A DNA stretch of 64,000 nucleotides from Planctomycetota bacterium (lineage in GTDB: Bacteria; Planctomycetota; UBA1135; UBA2386), in the NCBI GenBank assembly GCA_046290465.1, contig JBKAGP010000001.1:1760001-1824000 (forward strand), given 5' to 3'. Below are positions 49,480 to 58,315 of the stretch, piece by piece; the first letter of the stretch is position 1; each line of letters opens with the position of its first letter. Position numbers and translations under genes: made by a program. The notes beneath the pieces were generated by a model, which searched no databases, was not told where the DNA came from, and was given only the letters and a program-made list of their open reading frames with translations.

Positions 49480-51201
49480 ATGCTACTTCAAGGTGGATTC
49501 GACAGCCTAGGCGGCTGGACCGGGATCGGCATCGCAGCCGTCATCCTGTTCGGCCTGATCTTCTTCCTGATGCTCGCCAAGCAGTACAAGCGCTGCCCGA
49601 GCAACAAGATCCTCGTCATCTACGGCCGGGTGAAGTCCGGCACCTCGTCGCGCTGTCTGCACGGCGGTGGCGCGTTCGTCGTGCCGCTGATCCAGAGCTA
49701 CGACTACCTCAACCTCGACCCGATCCAGATCGAGGTTCCGCTGCGCGGCGCGCTCTCCATCGAGAACATCCGCGTCAACGTGCCCAGCGTGTTCACGGTC
49801 GCCATCGGCACCGACGATCACGTGATGCAGAATGCCGCCGTGCGTCTGCTCGGGCTGTCGACCAAGGACATCATGAAGCAGGCCGAGGACATCATCTTCG
49901 GCCAGCTGCGTCAGGTGATCGCGTCGATGGGCATCGAGGACATCAACCGCGACCGCGACAAGTTCCTCGAGAACATCCAGACCTCGCTCGAGGGCGAGCT
50001 GATGAAGATCGGCCTGGTGCTGATCAACGTCAACATCACCGACATCACCGACGAGTCCGGCTACATCGAGGCGATCGGCCGCAAGGCCGCGTCCGAGGCG
50101 GTGCAGCAGGCCGAGATCGACGTCGCCGAGCAGCAGAAGAAGGGCTCCATCGGCGTCGCCGAGGCGCGCCGCGTCCAGTCCGTCCAGGTGGCGATCGCCG
50201 AGAAGGACCGCGACATCGGCACCAAGCAGGCCGAACGGGACCGCGAGGTCACGGTCGCCGGCCTGCAGCGCGACACGATCATCGGCCAGCAGACCGCGTC
50301 GTTCGAGCAGGAGGCGCAGGTCAAGGACCGCGAACGGGAGATGCGGATCGCGGTCGCGTCGGCCAACGCGCGGGCGGTGTCCGGCGAGAACGAGGCGAAG
50401 GCCGAGATCGCCGACGCCAACGCCAAGCTGCTGGTCAAGGAGGCCGAGGCCTTCCAGACCGGTGAGACGCGCAAGCGCGAGGCCGACGCGGCCGTTCGTG
50501 AGGCCCAGTACCAGGCCGAAGCGCGCGCGGCGCAGGCGCTGGCCAGCAAGCTCGAGCAGGAGAAGCGAGCCGAACTCGAGGCGGTGGCCAAGGCCGAGAA
50601 GGCCAAGGACATCGTCGACGCCGAGGCGCGGGCCCAGCAGGCGAGGATCATCGCCGAGGGTGAAGCGGCGGCCGAGTTCGCGCGGCTCGAGGCGCAGGCC
50701 CGCGGTGAGTTCGAGATCCTGGCCAAGAAGGCCGAAGGTCTCGAGCGCATCGTGCAGGGCTGTGGCGGCGCCCAGCAGGCGTTCCAGCTGCTGATGCTGG
50801 AGCACATGGAGACGCTGTCGGAGACCGCGGCCAAGGCGATCGCGAACATCAAGTTCGACAAGGTCGTCGTCTGGGACAGCGACCAGGGCAAGGCGACGTC
50901 GGGCTTCCTGCAGAACCTGACCAAGTCGCTGCCGCCGATGCTGACGATGATGAAGGACGTCGGCGGCATCCAGATGCCGGAGTTCTTCGGCAAGATCCTC
51001 GGCGACGAGGAGCAGCCCGACGACGGCGAGGCGGCGGCCGCCGCCGCGACCGACGGCGCCAAGGACGCCGAGGTCACGGCCAGCAAGGAGAAGCCGGCGC
51101 AGAAGCGCGACCCGAAGAAGCAGGGCTCGCCCCAGCGGGACGGGGACAAGCGGAGCCCCGACAAGCGAGGCGCCGACGAGCGCGGCGACGATCCGAGCTG
51201 A
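49480..51201 (+). CDS. flotillin / SPFH domain protein
   Basis: YKRCPSNKILVIYG, GGGAFVVP, GQLRQVIA, AEA-rich coiled coil; RBS AAGGAG. Confidence 0.92.
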   Translation: MLLQGGFDSLGGWTGIGIAAVILFGLIFFLMLAKQYKRCPSNKILVIYGRVKSGTSSRCLHGGGAFVVPLIQSYDYLNLDPIQIEVPLRGALSIENIRVNVPSVFTVAIGTDDHVMQNAAVRLLGLSTKDIMKQAEDIIFGQLRQVIASMGIEDINRDRDKFLENIQTSLEGELMKIGLVLINVNITDITDESGYIEAIGRKAASEAVQQAEIDVAEQQKKGSIGVAEARRVQSVQVAIAEKDRDIGTKQAERDREVTVAGLQRDTIIGQQTASFEQEAQVKDREREMRIAVASANARAVSGENEAKAEIADANAKLLVKEAEAFQTGETRKREADAAVREAQYQAEARAAQALASKLEQEKRAELEAVAKAEKAKDIVDAEARAQQARIIAEGEAAAEFARLEAQARGEFEILAKKAEGLERIVQGCGGAQQAFQLLMLEHMETLSETAAKAIANIKFDKVVVWDSDQGKATSGFLQNLTKSLPPMLTMMKDVGGIQMPEFFGKILGDEEQPDDGEAAAAAATDGAKDAEVTASKEKPAQKRDPKKQGSPQRDGDKRSPDKRGADERGDDPS

Positions 51202-51458
51202 TCGGCGCCGCCCGGCGCAGCCGCCATTTTCTGTCGCTCCGCTGCAACCCGACCACCACGTCGGGCGTAGTGGACAGCGAGAAGGCTGCGCCGGATCAAC
51301 CTCCTACCTTCTCTGAACCGAAGACCGCGCGCAGCCTTCTCCGTCTTTGTACGGCTTCTCCATCTTTGTACGGAGAGTTCGGCGACTCCTGGGTTGCCTC
51401 GACGCGCGCGGCCCCGCAATGTTTCGTTACCCTCGGAACAAGGAGTCCCACCAGAACT

Positions 51459-51785
51459 ATGAGCTCTCAAGACAGCAAGCGCGTCCTCGCCGGTGTCCTC
51501 GGTATCCTGATCGGCGGCCTCGGCATCCATCGCTTCATCCTCGACGACGCCAAGGGAGGCCTGCTGCGCATCCTGATCACGTTCGTCACCTGCGGCGCCG
51601 GCAGCCTGATCGGCCTCGCCGAAGGCATCATCTACCTGACCAAGTCGGACGAAGAGTTCATCCAGACCTACCAGGTCGAGAAGAAGGCCTGGTTCTCGGG
51701 CCCGACGGAATGCCCGGCAGCTCGTGCTGCTGGCGCCCCGACCCGAACCTGCGACGGCCCCCGATGGCGGGCGTTACGTCCCTGA
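51459..51785 (+). CDS. TM2 domain membrane protein
   Basis: KRVLAGVLGILIGGLGIHRFIL...EGIIYLTKSDEEF...KKAWF. Confidence 0.85.
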   Translation: MSSQDSKRVLAGVLGILIGGLGIHRFILDDAKGGLLRILITFVTCGAGSLIGLAEGIIYLTKSDEEFIQTYQVEKKAWFSGPTECPAARAAGAPTRTCDGPRWRALRP

Positions 51786-51855
51786 TACCCAACGGCCGCC
51801 TGGCGCCCTGCGCCGGCGGCTAGTTTCTTAGGTGCCCCAAGGAGCCTGCGCTCCC

Positions 51856-53298
51856 ATGCACCTCGACCGAACCCTCCTCAGCCTGACGTTCGCCGGCCTG
51901 CTCGCCGGCCTCGCCCCCGGCCTCGTCGGCCAGGAACTCGCCTGGAAGCGATCGCTCGACGAGGCCCTGCAGACGGCGGCCGACCAGCAGCAGGTGTTGC
52001 TGGTCGCGATCCTGGTGCCGGGCGAACGCGACAGCGAAGCCCTGATCGACACCTACCGCGACGGCAGCGTTCGCAAGCTCACCAAGAACTGCGTCTGCCT
52101 GCGCATCGACATCGACAGTGAACGCGGCGACGAGGACCGCCTGTCGGTGCTCGAACGGTTCCTCGGAGCGGCGCCGCGCGAGCCCTACGTCGCTCCCCAC
52201 CACGTCGTCGTGCACCCGGACGGCAAGACCGTGCTGGGTTCGGCCGCCCACCGCATGACCGCCGGCCAGCTCGAGTGGTTCGTCGCCGACGGCATCCGAC
52301 GCTTCGACGGTTCGTTCTCCTGGCCGCGCAGCGACCGCATGCGCGCCCCCGAGAGCCTGCGCTACGACGAGCGCGAAACGACCGAACAGGAGCTGCGCAT
52401 CCCTCCCACCAGAAAGGAGGTCAAGGCGGCGATCGAAGGGCTCAAGAAGGGCGGCGCGGGCTGGCAGGGTGCGATCCAGCACTACACGACGCTGCTCGCG
52501 AGCGACGAGAAGTCGGCCGTCAAGTACGTCGACACCCAGCTCAGCGGCGGCCGCGGCATGATCACCGGAATGGCGCTGACGACGATCAGCCGCATGTCGC
52601 CGGTCGAATACGCACCGATCCTCGAGGACTTCGTCGACTACCGGCGCGCCAACCGCCGACGCGAAGCCGCCAAGGGCCTGTGGCGCATGGCGCACGCCAA
52701 GAGCCGGAAGGTGATCATGAAGCAGCTCAAGCGCGAGAAGGACGACCAGGCGCTGGCATGGCTGCTGCGCGCTGCCGTCGCGACCGCGCCCGACGACAAG
52801 GCGACGATCGCGGCGCTCGAGAAGGCGCTCTACAAGTCGGACAACGCGTTCGTGCGCATGCACGCGGTGGTCGGCGCCGGCGCCGTCGAAGTGCGGGAGC
52901 ACGCGCTGCGCCTGATGCGCAAGGGCCTCAACGACGCCGACCCGGACGTGCGTTCGGCCGCGGCGTTCGCGATGGCGGCGCGTCGGGACCAGGAGCTGCT
53001 GGGTGCGCTCGAACCGTCGATCCGCGGCGAGCCCGACGCCGAGGCGAAGCGCTGGATGGAGCTGGCCATGAACGTGCTGTCCAACCGCCTCGACCTCGCC
53101 GGCTTTGACACCCTGCGCCGCAAGGTGCTCAAGGAGGTCGACACCCCTCGCGATCGCAACCGCGGCCGTGGCAGGCAAGGCGACGACCAGGACGGCGGCG
53201 ACCAGAACGGTGGCGGCAAGAACGGTGGCGGCAAGAACGGTGGCGGCAAGGACCGCGGCGGCAACGACCGCGGCAGCAGGACCGAAGGCCGCAGGTAG
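51856..53298 (+). CDS. exported protein with thioredoxin-like N-terminus and HEAT repeats
   Basis: Signal peptide, LAWKRSLDEAL, DADPDVRSAAAFAM; Gly/Asn/Lys repeat tail. Confidence 0.7.
   Translation: MHLDRTLLSLTFAGLLAGLAPGLVGQELAWKRSLDEALQTAADQQQVLLVAILVPGERDSEALIDTYRDGSVRKLTKNCVCLRIDIDSERGDEDRLSVLERFLGAAPREPYVAPHHVVVHPDGKTVLGSAAHRMTAGQLEWFVADGIRRFDGSFSWPRSDRMRAPESLRYDERETTEQELRIPPTRKEVKAAIEGLKKGGAGWQGAIQHYTTLLASDEKSAVKYVDTQLSGGRGMITGMALTTISRMSPVEYAPILEDFVDYRRANRRREAAKGLWRMAHAKSRKVIMKQLKREKDDQALAWLLRAAVATAPDDKATIAALEKALYKSDNAFVRMHAVVGAGAVEVREHALRLMRKGLNDADPDVRSAAAFAMAARRDQELLGALEPSIRGEPDAEAKRWMELAMNVLSNRLDLAGFDTLRRKVLKEVDTPRDRNRGRGRQGDDQDGGDQNGGGKNGGGKNGGGKDRGGNDRGSRTEGRR
53203..53277 (+). 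repeat. 5 x 15-bp degenerate tandem repeat (AAGAACGGTGGCGGC)
   Basis: Directly visible; encodes KNGGG. Confidence 0.85.
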
Positions 53299-53347
53299 CG
53301 CACGTCGGTGACGCTGCCGGCGCGACGGCCTGGATCCGTCGCCCGGC

Positions 53348-54076
53348 GTGGCTAGGGTGTGCGGCTTGTCCGACACCCCGCTGATCGTCTCCCCCGGAAT
53401 CAACGAGCGTTCCGTGCGTGTGCCCGGCGAGGGCCAGCGCAAGGTGCCCGACGGTTGGATCCTGGTCCCACCCGGCGACGCCGCGCTGACGCGCCGCATC
53501 AAGGCCGGCGGCCCGTGCTGGGTCGTGCAGGAGAAGCGCGGCCGACGCACGTTCTCGCGCGGCGTCTGGGCCGAGCGGGCCCGCGTCGAGCAGATCCAGC
53601 AGGCGCTCGAGGTCGAACGTGCCGATCCGGCGCATGAGCGCAAGCAGCAGGCGGCGGCCAGGCGACGCGAACAGAAGCAGACCGCCTACGTCTCCGAGTT
53701 CGCCGAGGCGGTGCGGCGCTTCCTCGACTTCCCGCTGCAGTACCACGAACTGTGCGAGCAGATGGTGCAGCGCGTCACCGCACACGCGACCCCCGTCGGC
53801 AGCGGCACCGTCGCGCGCACCGAGCGCATCCCGGTGCACCGGCGGGCCGAGTCCGCGGTGATCGCCTGGCTCCGCCACCAGACCACCGCCTACGACCACA
53901 TGCACATCGCCCGCGTCAAGGGACGCCGCCGCGAGGTCCGCCGCATGCTCGCCGAACGATCGCGCGAGCTGCTCGACGCCTACCGCCAGGGACGCGCCGA
54001 CGACCTGGTCGACTGTCCGCTGCAGAAGGCGCTGCGGCAGCCGCCGCTCAACGAGGCTTCGGCCGCGACAGACTGA
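53348..54076 (+). CDS. DUF2293-like protein
   Basis: PPGDAALTRRIK, FSRGVWA, HATPVGSGTVART, AVIAWLRHQTTAYD; start uncertain. Confidence 0.75.
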   Translation: MARVCGLSDTPLIVSPGINERSVRVPGEGQRKVPDGWILVPPGDAALTRRIKAGGPCWVVQEKRGRRTFSRGVWAERARVEQIQQALEVERADPAHERKQQAAARRREQKQTAYVSEFAEAVRRFLDFPLQYHELCEQMVQRVTAHATPVGSGTVARTERIPVHRRAESAVIAWLRHQTTAYDHMHIARVKGRRREVRRMLAERSRELLDAYRQGRADDLVDCPLQKALRQPPLNEASAATD

Positions 54077-55205
54077 TGCGCGGCAGCGGCGTGCCCTTGG
54101 TCTCGTCGTCGCGCATGTCGACCAGGTCGAGGTCGATCGGCAGCAAGGTCTCGCGCGCCATCGCCGGCGACACCAGCTCGCGCCGCGCGAGCTGCACCAG
54201 CAGCGCCCGGAAGTCGGCGCGCAGTTCGGCGGCGATGTCCTCGACGGCGGTGCGCAGCTGCGCGGCGTCGTGCCACTGGACGCTCTCCTGCGCCTGGCTG
54301 CGCAACCGCTTGGCCGCCTTGCCGTCGGCCAGCTGCTTCAGGCAACGGAACGCGTAGTCGACGCGGTCGATCGTCACCGTGCGGCCGCCGCGCGGCCGGC
54401 CTTCGCGACGGTGATGGCGCACGTGGCTCGGCCCCGGCGCGAACGCGTCCTGCGCGCGCGTGCCGATCGACAGCTCGTAGCGCACCTCCGGCGGCCAGCC
54501 CTCGAGCTTGCCCGGTCGCGCCACCCCGCAACCCATGCCCATCGACGACGAGAAGCCCGAACCGAAGCTGTCGGGCTCGACGACGTACACCTCGAGTTCG
54601 ATGCGGCAGCGACCGACCAGTTCCGGCGCGACCAGCTCCGGCCGATGTCGCACGAGCAGGTTGCACGCCGCGACCCAGCCGACCCGCAGGTGACGTTCGT
54701 CCAGCAAGCGCAGCAGCATGCCGGCGTGCCGGGGAACGTCGCGCGATGCGATCACCAACGCCTCTGCGGTCCGCGCGCCGAACCACGGCGCCAGCTCGGT
54801 CGGCGGCACCCGCGTGCCGGTCCGGATCACTGCGTCGAGCACCGCACCGGCGGCGCGGCGCCACGCGCCCTGGGGCAGCCGATCGCCGCGGTGCGCCAAC
54901 ACCGTGCCGAGCGCCAGCCGCAGTTCGCGGCCGACGCTGGCGTCGTCGGGCGTGCGGTAGGCCGCCCACGCGATCCGCTGCAGGTCCTGGCCCGCGAGGT
55001 CCCGGCACAGCTGCTGGTGCCGCTCGAGCTGCCGTTCGTCCTGACCGGGCAGGGCGGCGCCGAGGGCGATCGCCCACAGGGCCACCGTTCGCAGGACCAT
55101 CATTCGCTGGACCATCATTCGCTGGGCCATCATTCGCTGGGCCATCGTCGCAAGGGCCATCACGGACCGCATCCGCGGCTTCGACAGGGCAGGTCGCACC
55201 GGCAT
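54048..55205 (-). CDS. hypothetical exported protein
   Basis: Long ORF with signal-like segment VALWAIALGAALPGQ; true start uncertain because of the Met-rich repeats. Confidence 0.55.
   Translation of the reverse strand: MPVRPALSKPRMRSVMALATMAQRMMAQRMMVQRMMVLRTVALWAIALGAALPGQDERQLERHQQLCRDLAGQDLQRIAWAAYRTPDDASVGRELRLALGTVLAHRGDRLPQGAWRRAAGAVLDAVIRTGTRVPPTELAPWFGARTAEALVIASRDVPRHAGMLLRLLDERHLRVGWVAACNLLVRHRPELVAPELVGRCRIELEVYVVEPDSFGSGFSSSMGMGCGVARPGKLEGWPPEVRYELSIGTRAQDAFAPGPSHVRHHRREGRPRGGRTVTIDRVDYAFRCLKQLADGKAAKRLRSQAQESVQWHDAAQLRTAVEDIAAELRADFRALLVQLARRELVSPAMARETLLPIDLDLVDMRDDETKGTPLPRISLSRPKPR
55094..55161. repeat. 15-bp tandem repeat (GG[A/G]CCATCATTCGCT), about 4 copies
   Basis: Directly visible; encodes MAQRM on the minus strand. 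Confidence 0.85.
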
Positions 55206-55334
55206 GCCGCAGGCGAACGGTGCCGCGGCGCCAACGGTTCACCCGACCTGCCCCTTTCCGCCCAGGTCGTCCGGGCACCTGCCCACGGCACCCTGCGCCG
55301 GGTAGCATCTGCCGGGCTGACGAAGGAGTCGAAC

Positions 55335-56174
55335 ATGCCGCATCCACCATCGATCGCCGCGCCGCTCGCGCTCGCCCTCTCCGTCCTCGCCGGCTGCGGC
55401 AGCAGCGGCGGCGGCAGCGGCGAGACCGCGCAGCTGACGCAGCCGTCCCCGACGGCGGTGACGCGCACCGACATCGCCGAGCTGCTGGGCACCGGCAACG
55501 TCGCGCCGGTCGGGCTGACGCTGACGCCCGACACCGACGAACTGGTGCTGCTCGACGCGTCCCAGGGCGTGTTCGTCATGCAGGCCGACCGACGCTTCCG
55601 ACGGCTCGCGACCGCGCGCGAACTCGAGGACCGGGCGCAACCGGCGTCGACGTTCACCGACATCGCCGGCCTCGGCTCCAACCGCTTCGCGATCACCGCG
55701 CGCAGCGACGGCTTCCTCTACGACAGCGACGCCGGCACCATCGAGCAGCACTTCTGCTACGTGCCCGGCCTGCTCGGGCCGGGCTTCGACCAGCTGACGC
55801 TCGGCGTCGCGTTCGACCCGGCGACCGGCCGCATCCTGGTGCAGCCGGTCACGGTGCAGGGCTGGCAGCAGACGTTCGTCAGCGAGGTCGGCACGTTCCC
55901 GATCAGCGGCGGGGTCGGTGAGGACTGGCACCCGATCCAGGAGCAGGACTACCTCGCCGGCGGCATCACCTGCGACAGCGCCGGCCTGCTGTGGATGGGC
56001 CGCGGCGCCGAGCTGCACACCTACGACCTGCAGAACGACACGATGACGTTCCAGCAGTCGCTGACGCGATTCGGCATCACCGACATCACCGGCATGGTGT
56101 TCGACGGCGACGACCTGATGGTGATCGACGGCCCGACGGCGCAGCTGGTCTGCATCCCGGCGGCGCTGCTCTAG
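55335..56174 (+). CDS. hypothetical lipoprotein, beta-propeller-like
   Basis: RBS AAGGAG, lipobox LAGC, blade-like motifs (GVAFDPATGR, GITCDSAG, GMVFDG). Confidence 0.75.
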   Translation: MPHPPSIAAPLALALSVLAGCGSSGGGSGETAQLTQPSPTAVTRTDIAELLGTGNVAPVGLTLTPDTDELVLLDASQGVFVMQADRRFRRLATARELEDRAQPASTFTDIAGLGSNRFAITARSDGFLYDSDAGTIEQHFCYVPGLLGPGFDQLTLGVAFDPATGRILVQPVTVQGWQQTFVSEVGTFPISGGVGEDWHPIQEQDYLAGGITCDSAGLLWMGRGAELHTYDLQNDTMTFQQSLTRFGITDITGMVFDGDDLMVIDGPTAQLVCIPAALL

Positions 56175-56257
56175 GAGCGCGTCCATGTAGTGGACGCGCT
56201 GCCGACCGTGATCGCGGAAGCGGCGTGTACGCGTGCGGACGGGGCTTTGCCCTGTAG
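56172..56257 (-). repeat. 83-bp palindromic element, single copy
   Basis: TAG at 56172 and 56255; same family as 15366 and 22924. Confidence 0.95.
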
Positions 56258-56275
56258 GCGACGCCGTCGCGACGG

Positions 56276-57019
56276 TCAGCGGCCGGCCAGGAAGCCGAAC
56301 CGCTGGAACACGAACTCCGGCAGCAGCCGCACGATCGCCATCACCGCGCGCCACGACGCCGGCAGGTAGACGCAGTGCCAGCGGCGCTCCATCGCGCGCA
56401 CGATGCCGCGCGCGACCCGCACCTTCTCCCCCCACAGGGCGTTGCGCGGATGGCCCTCGGACATCGGCGTCGCCACCGGGCCGAGCTTGAGGTCGTGCAC
56501 GCGCACGCCGCGCCGATGCAGGCGGCTGCGCACGCCCTGCAGGTAGCACGACAGGCCGGCCTTGGCGGCGCCGTAGGTGTAGTTGCGCGGCCGGCCGCGC
56601 ACGCCGGCGACCGACGTGATCGCCGCGAGATGGCCGTGGCCCTGCTGTTCGAAGTGCTCGGCCAGCGGCATCAGCAGCGAGACCGCGCTGACGAAGTTGG
56701 TGTCGATGGTCGTGCGGGCGTAGCCGACGTCGCGCTCACTGCGCAGCTGGTCGCCGAGGTAGCCGTGCGCGATCAGCGCGCGGTCGCAGCCGCCGAGTGC
56801 CGCGACGCCCCGTTGCACCCGTTGCTCGGCCAGATCGAACTCGTTCAGGTCGCAGCTCTCGGAGCCGACCACCGCGTCGCCGCAGCGCGTTACCACCGCG
56901 GCGAGCCTGGTCGGGTCGCGGCCGATCAGGTAGAGCCGGTCACCGCGCTCGGCGCACAACACGGCCACCTCCGCGGCGATCGCCGAGGTCGCGCCGCAGA
57001 TCAGGGTCTTGCGCTGCAT
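56276..57019 (-). CDS. short-chain dehydrogenase/reductase (DprE2-like subgroup)
   Basis: GATSAIA, SVAGVRGRPRNYTYGAAKAG (YxxxK), KLGPVATPM. Confidence 0.88.
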   Translation of the reverse strand: MQRKTLICGATSAIAAEVAVLCAERGDRLYLIGRDPTRLAAVVTRCGDAVVGSESCDLNEFDLAEQRVQRGVAALGGCDRALIAHGYLGDQLRSERDVGYARTTIDTNFVSAVSLLMPLAEHFEQQGHGHLAAITSVAGVRGRPRNYTYGAAKAGLSCYLQGVRSRLHRRGVRVHDLKLGPVATPMSEGHPRNALWGEKVRVARGIVRAMERRWHCVYLPASWRAVMAIVRLLPEFVFQRFGFLAGR

Positions 57020-57098
57020 GCCGCGAGCTTAGCCCGCGACGGCACCGAGCAGCACATCCGCGTTGCGCCCAGCACAGCGGCGCGCGATCCTCGCGCCC

Positions 57099-57563
57099 AT
57101 GCGTCCATCGCCCGTCGGCCTCGTCCCGTTCGCCATCTGTACGTTCGCGCTCGTCGCGCTGCCCGGCGCCTGCACCGGACCAGGCAAGCACCAGCTGCGC
57201 GGCGCGACCACGCCGGTCGGTCCGTACTCGCCGGGGATCGACTGCGGCGACTACGTGTTCCTCGCCGGCCAGATCGGCAAGGACCCGGCTACCGGCAAGC
57301 TGGTGCCGGGCGGCATCGAGGCCGAGACGCACCAGGTCCTGAAGAACCTCGGCGCGGTGCTGCACGAGGCCGGCCTCGACTACGGCGATGTCGTCAAGAG
57401 CTCGGTGTTCCTCGCCGACGTCGGCGACTTCGCGGTGATGAACGGCATCTACCAGAGCTACTTCCCGGAGGGCGGCATCCCGCCGGTCCGCACCACCGTG
57501 CAGGTCGCCGCGATCCCGACCGGCGCGCGCATCGAGATCGACTTCATCGCAGCCCGCCGCTAG
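57099..57563 (+). CDS. ridA: RidA/YjgF family protein with N-terminal signal-like extension
   Basis: GPYSPG, FLAGQIG, VVKSSVFL, DFAVMNGIY, PVRTTVQV, IEID. Confidence 0.88.
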   Translation: MRPSPVGLVPFAICTFALVALPGACTGPGKHQLRGATTPVGPYSPGIDCGDYVFLAGQIGKDPATGKLVPGGIEAETHQVLKNLGAVLHEAGLDYGDVVKSSVFLADVGDFAVMNGIYQSYFPEGGIPPVRTTVQVAAIPTGARIEIDFIAARR

Positions 57564-57646
57564 CGGGCAAAGCCCCGTCCGCAAGCGTACACGCCGCTTC
57601 CGCGATCACGGTCGGCAGCGCGTCCACTACATGGACGCGCTCCTAA
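57561..57646 (+). repeat. 83-bp palindromic element, single copy filling the whole gap between two convergent stop codons
   Basis: Begins at the ridA TAG and ends at CTAA, which contains the minus-strand TAG of the VOC gene. Confidence 0.95.
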
Positions 57647-58125
57647 GCCCGATCGACGACCTCGATCGCGTTGCCCCACGGGTCGGTCAACTGCAGCGAA
57701 CGCACCCCGTCGGCGCGACGGCTGCTCGGACCGAGCTCGGCGACGTCCGGGCTGACGATCGTCAGCGGCGGCTCGGCGTCGTCCCACCGGCACAGCTGCA
57801 GGTGCGTCTGGCCGAACGCGAGCAGCGCGCGCCGTTCGTCCACCTGCACGACCTCACAACGGAAGTGCTCGCGATACCAGGCGACGGCCCGGTCGAGATC
57901 CCCGACGCGGACCGAGACCGCGTGCACGCGGTCCGACTCACCCTCGGCGCGCGGCGGCGGCTTGCGCTGGCACAGGAAGTCGGGGTTCTTGACCATCTGC
58001 GTGAGCGCCTGCTCGAGGCGGACGGCCAGCGCCGGCTCGTCGCGGCGGAGCCGATCGAGCAGCTGCCGACGGCCGGCATCGTCGAGGTCCATCGCATACT
58101 CGAAGTAGTCGTCCAGGGGGTCCAT
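57643..58125 (-). CDS. VOC/glyoxalase-family protein with N-terminal helical extension
   Basis: HAVSVRVGDLDRAVAWY...F; DPWGNAIEV. Confidence 0.8.
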   Translation of the reverse strand: MDPLDDYFEYAMDLDDAGRRQLLDRLRRDEPALAVRLEQALTQMVKNPDFLCQRKPPPRAEGESDRVHAVSVRVGDLDRAVAWYREHFRCEVVQVDERRALLAFGQTHLQLCRWDDAEPPLTIVSPDVAELGPSSRRADGVRSLQLTDPWGNAIEVVDRA

Positions 58126-58315
58126 GGGTGCCTGTTCGCAGCGCCACCCGGCTCGGACGCACGGGCGCGCCCCGGGCGGTGGCCTCGAAACGGCCGATGC
58201 TACCGCGCCGACCGCCCCGGCCAGAACGTTCGTGCCACATCCACCCCGTGCTCGTGGCACAATGTTCGGTGCAATCACCGCCCCCAGAACGGGCAGGTGA
58301 GCGTATCGACCCTCC

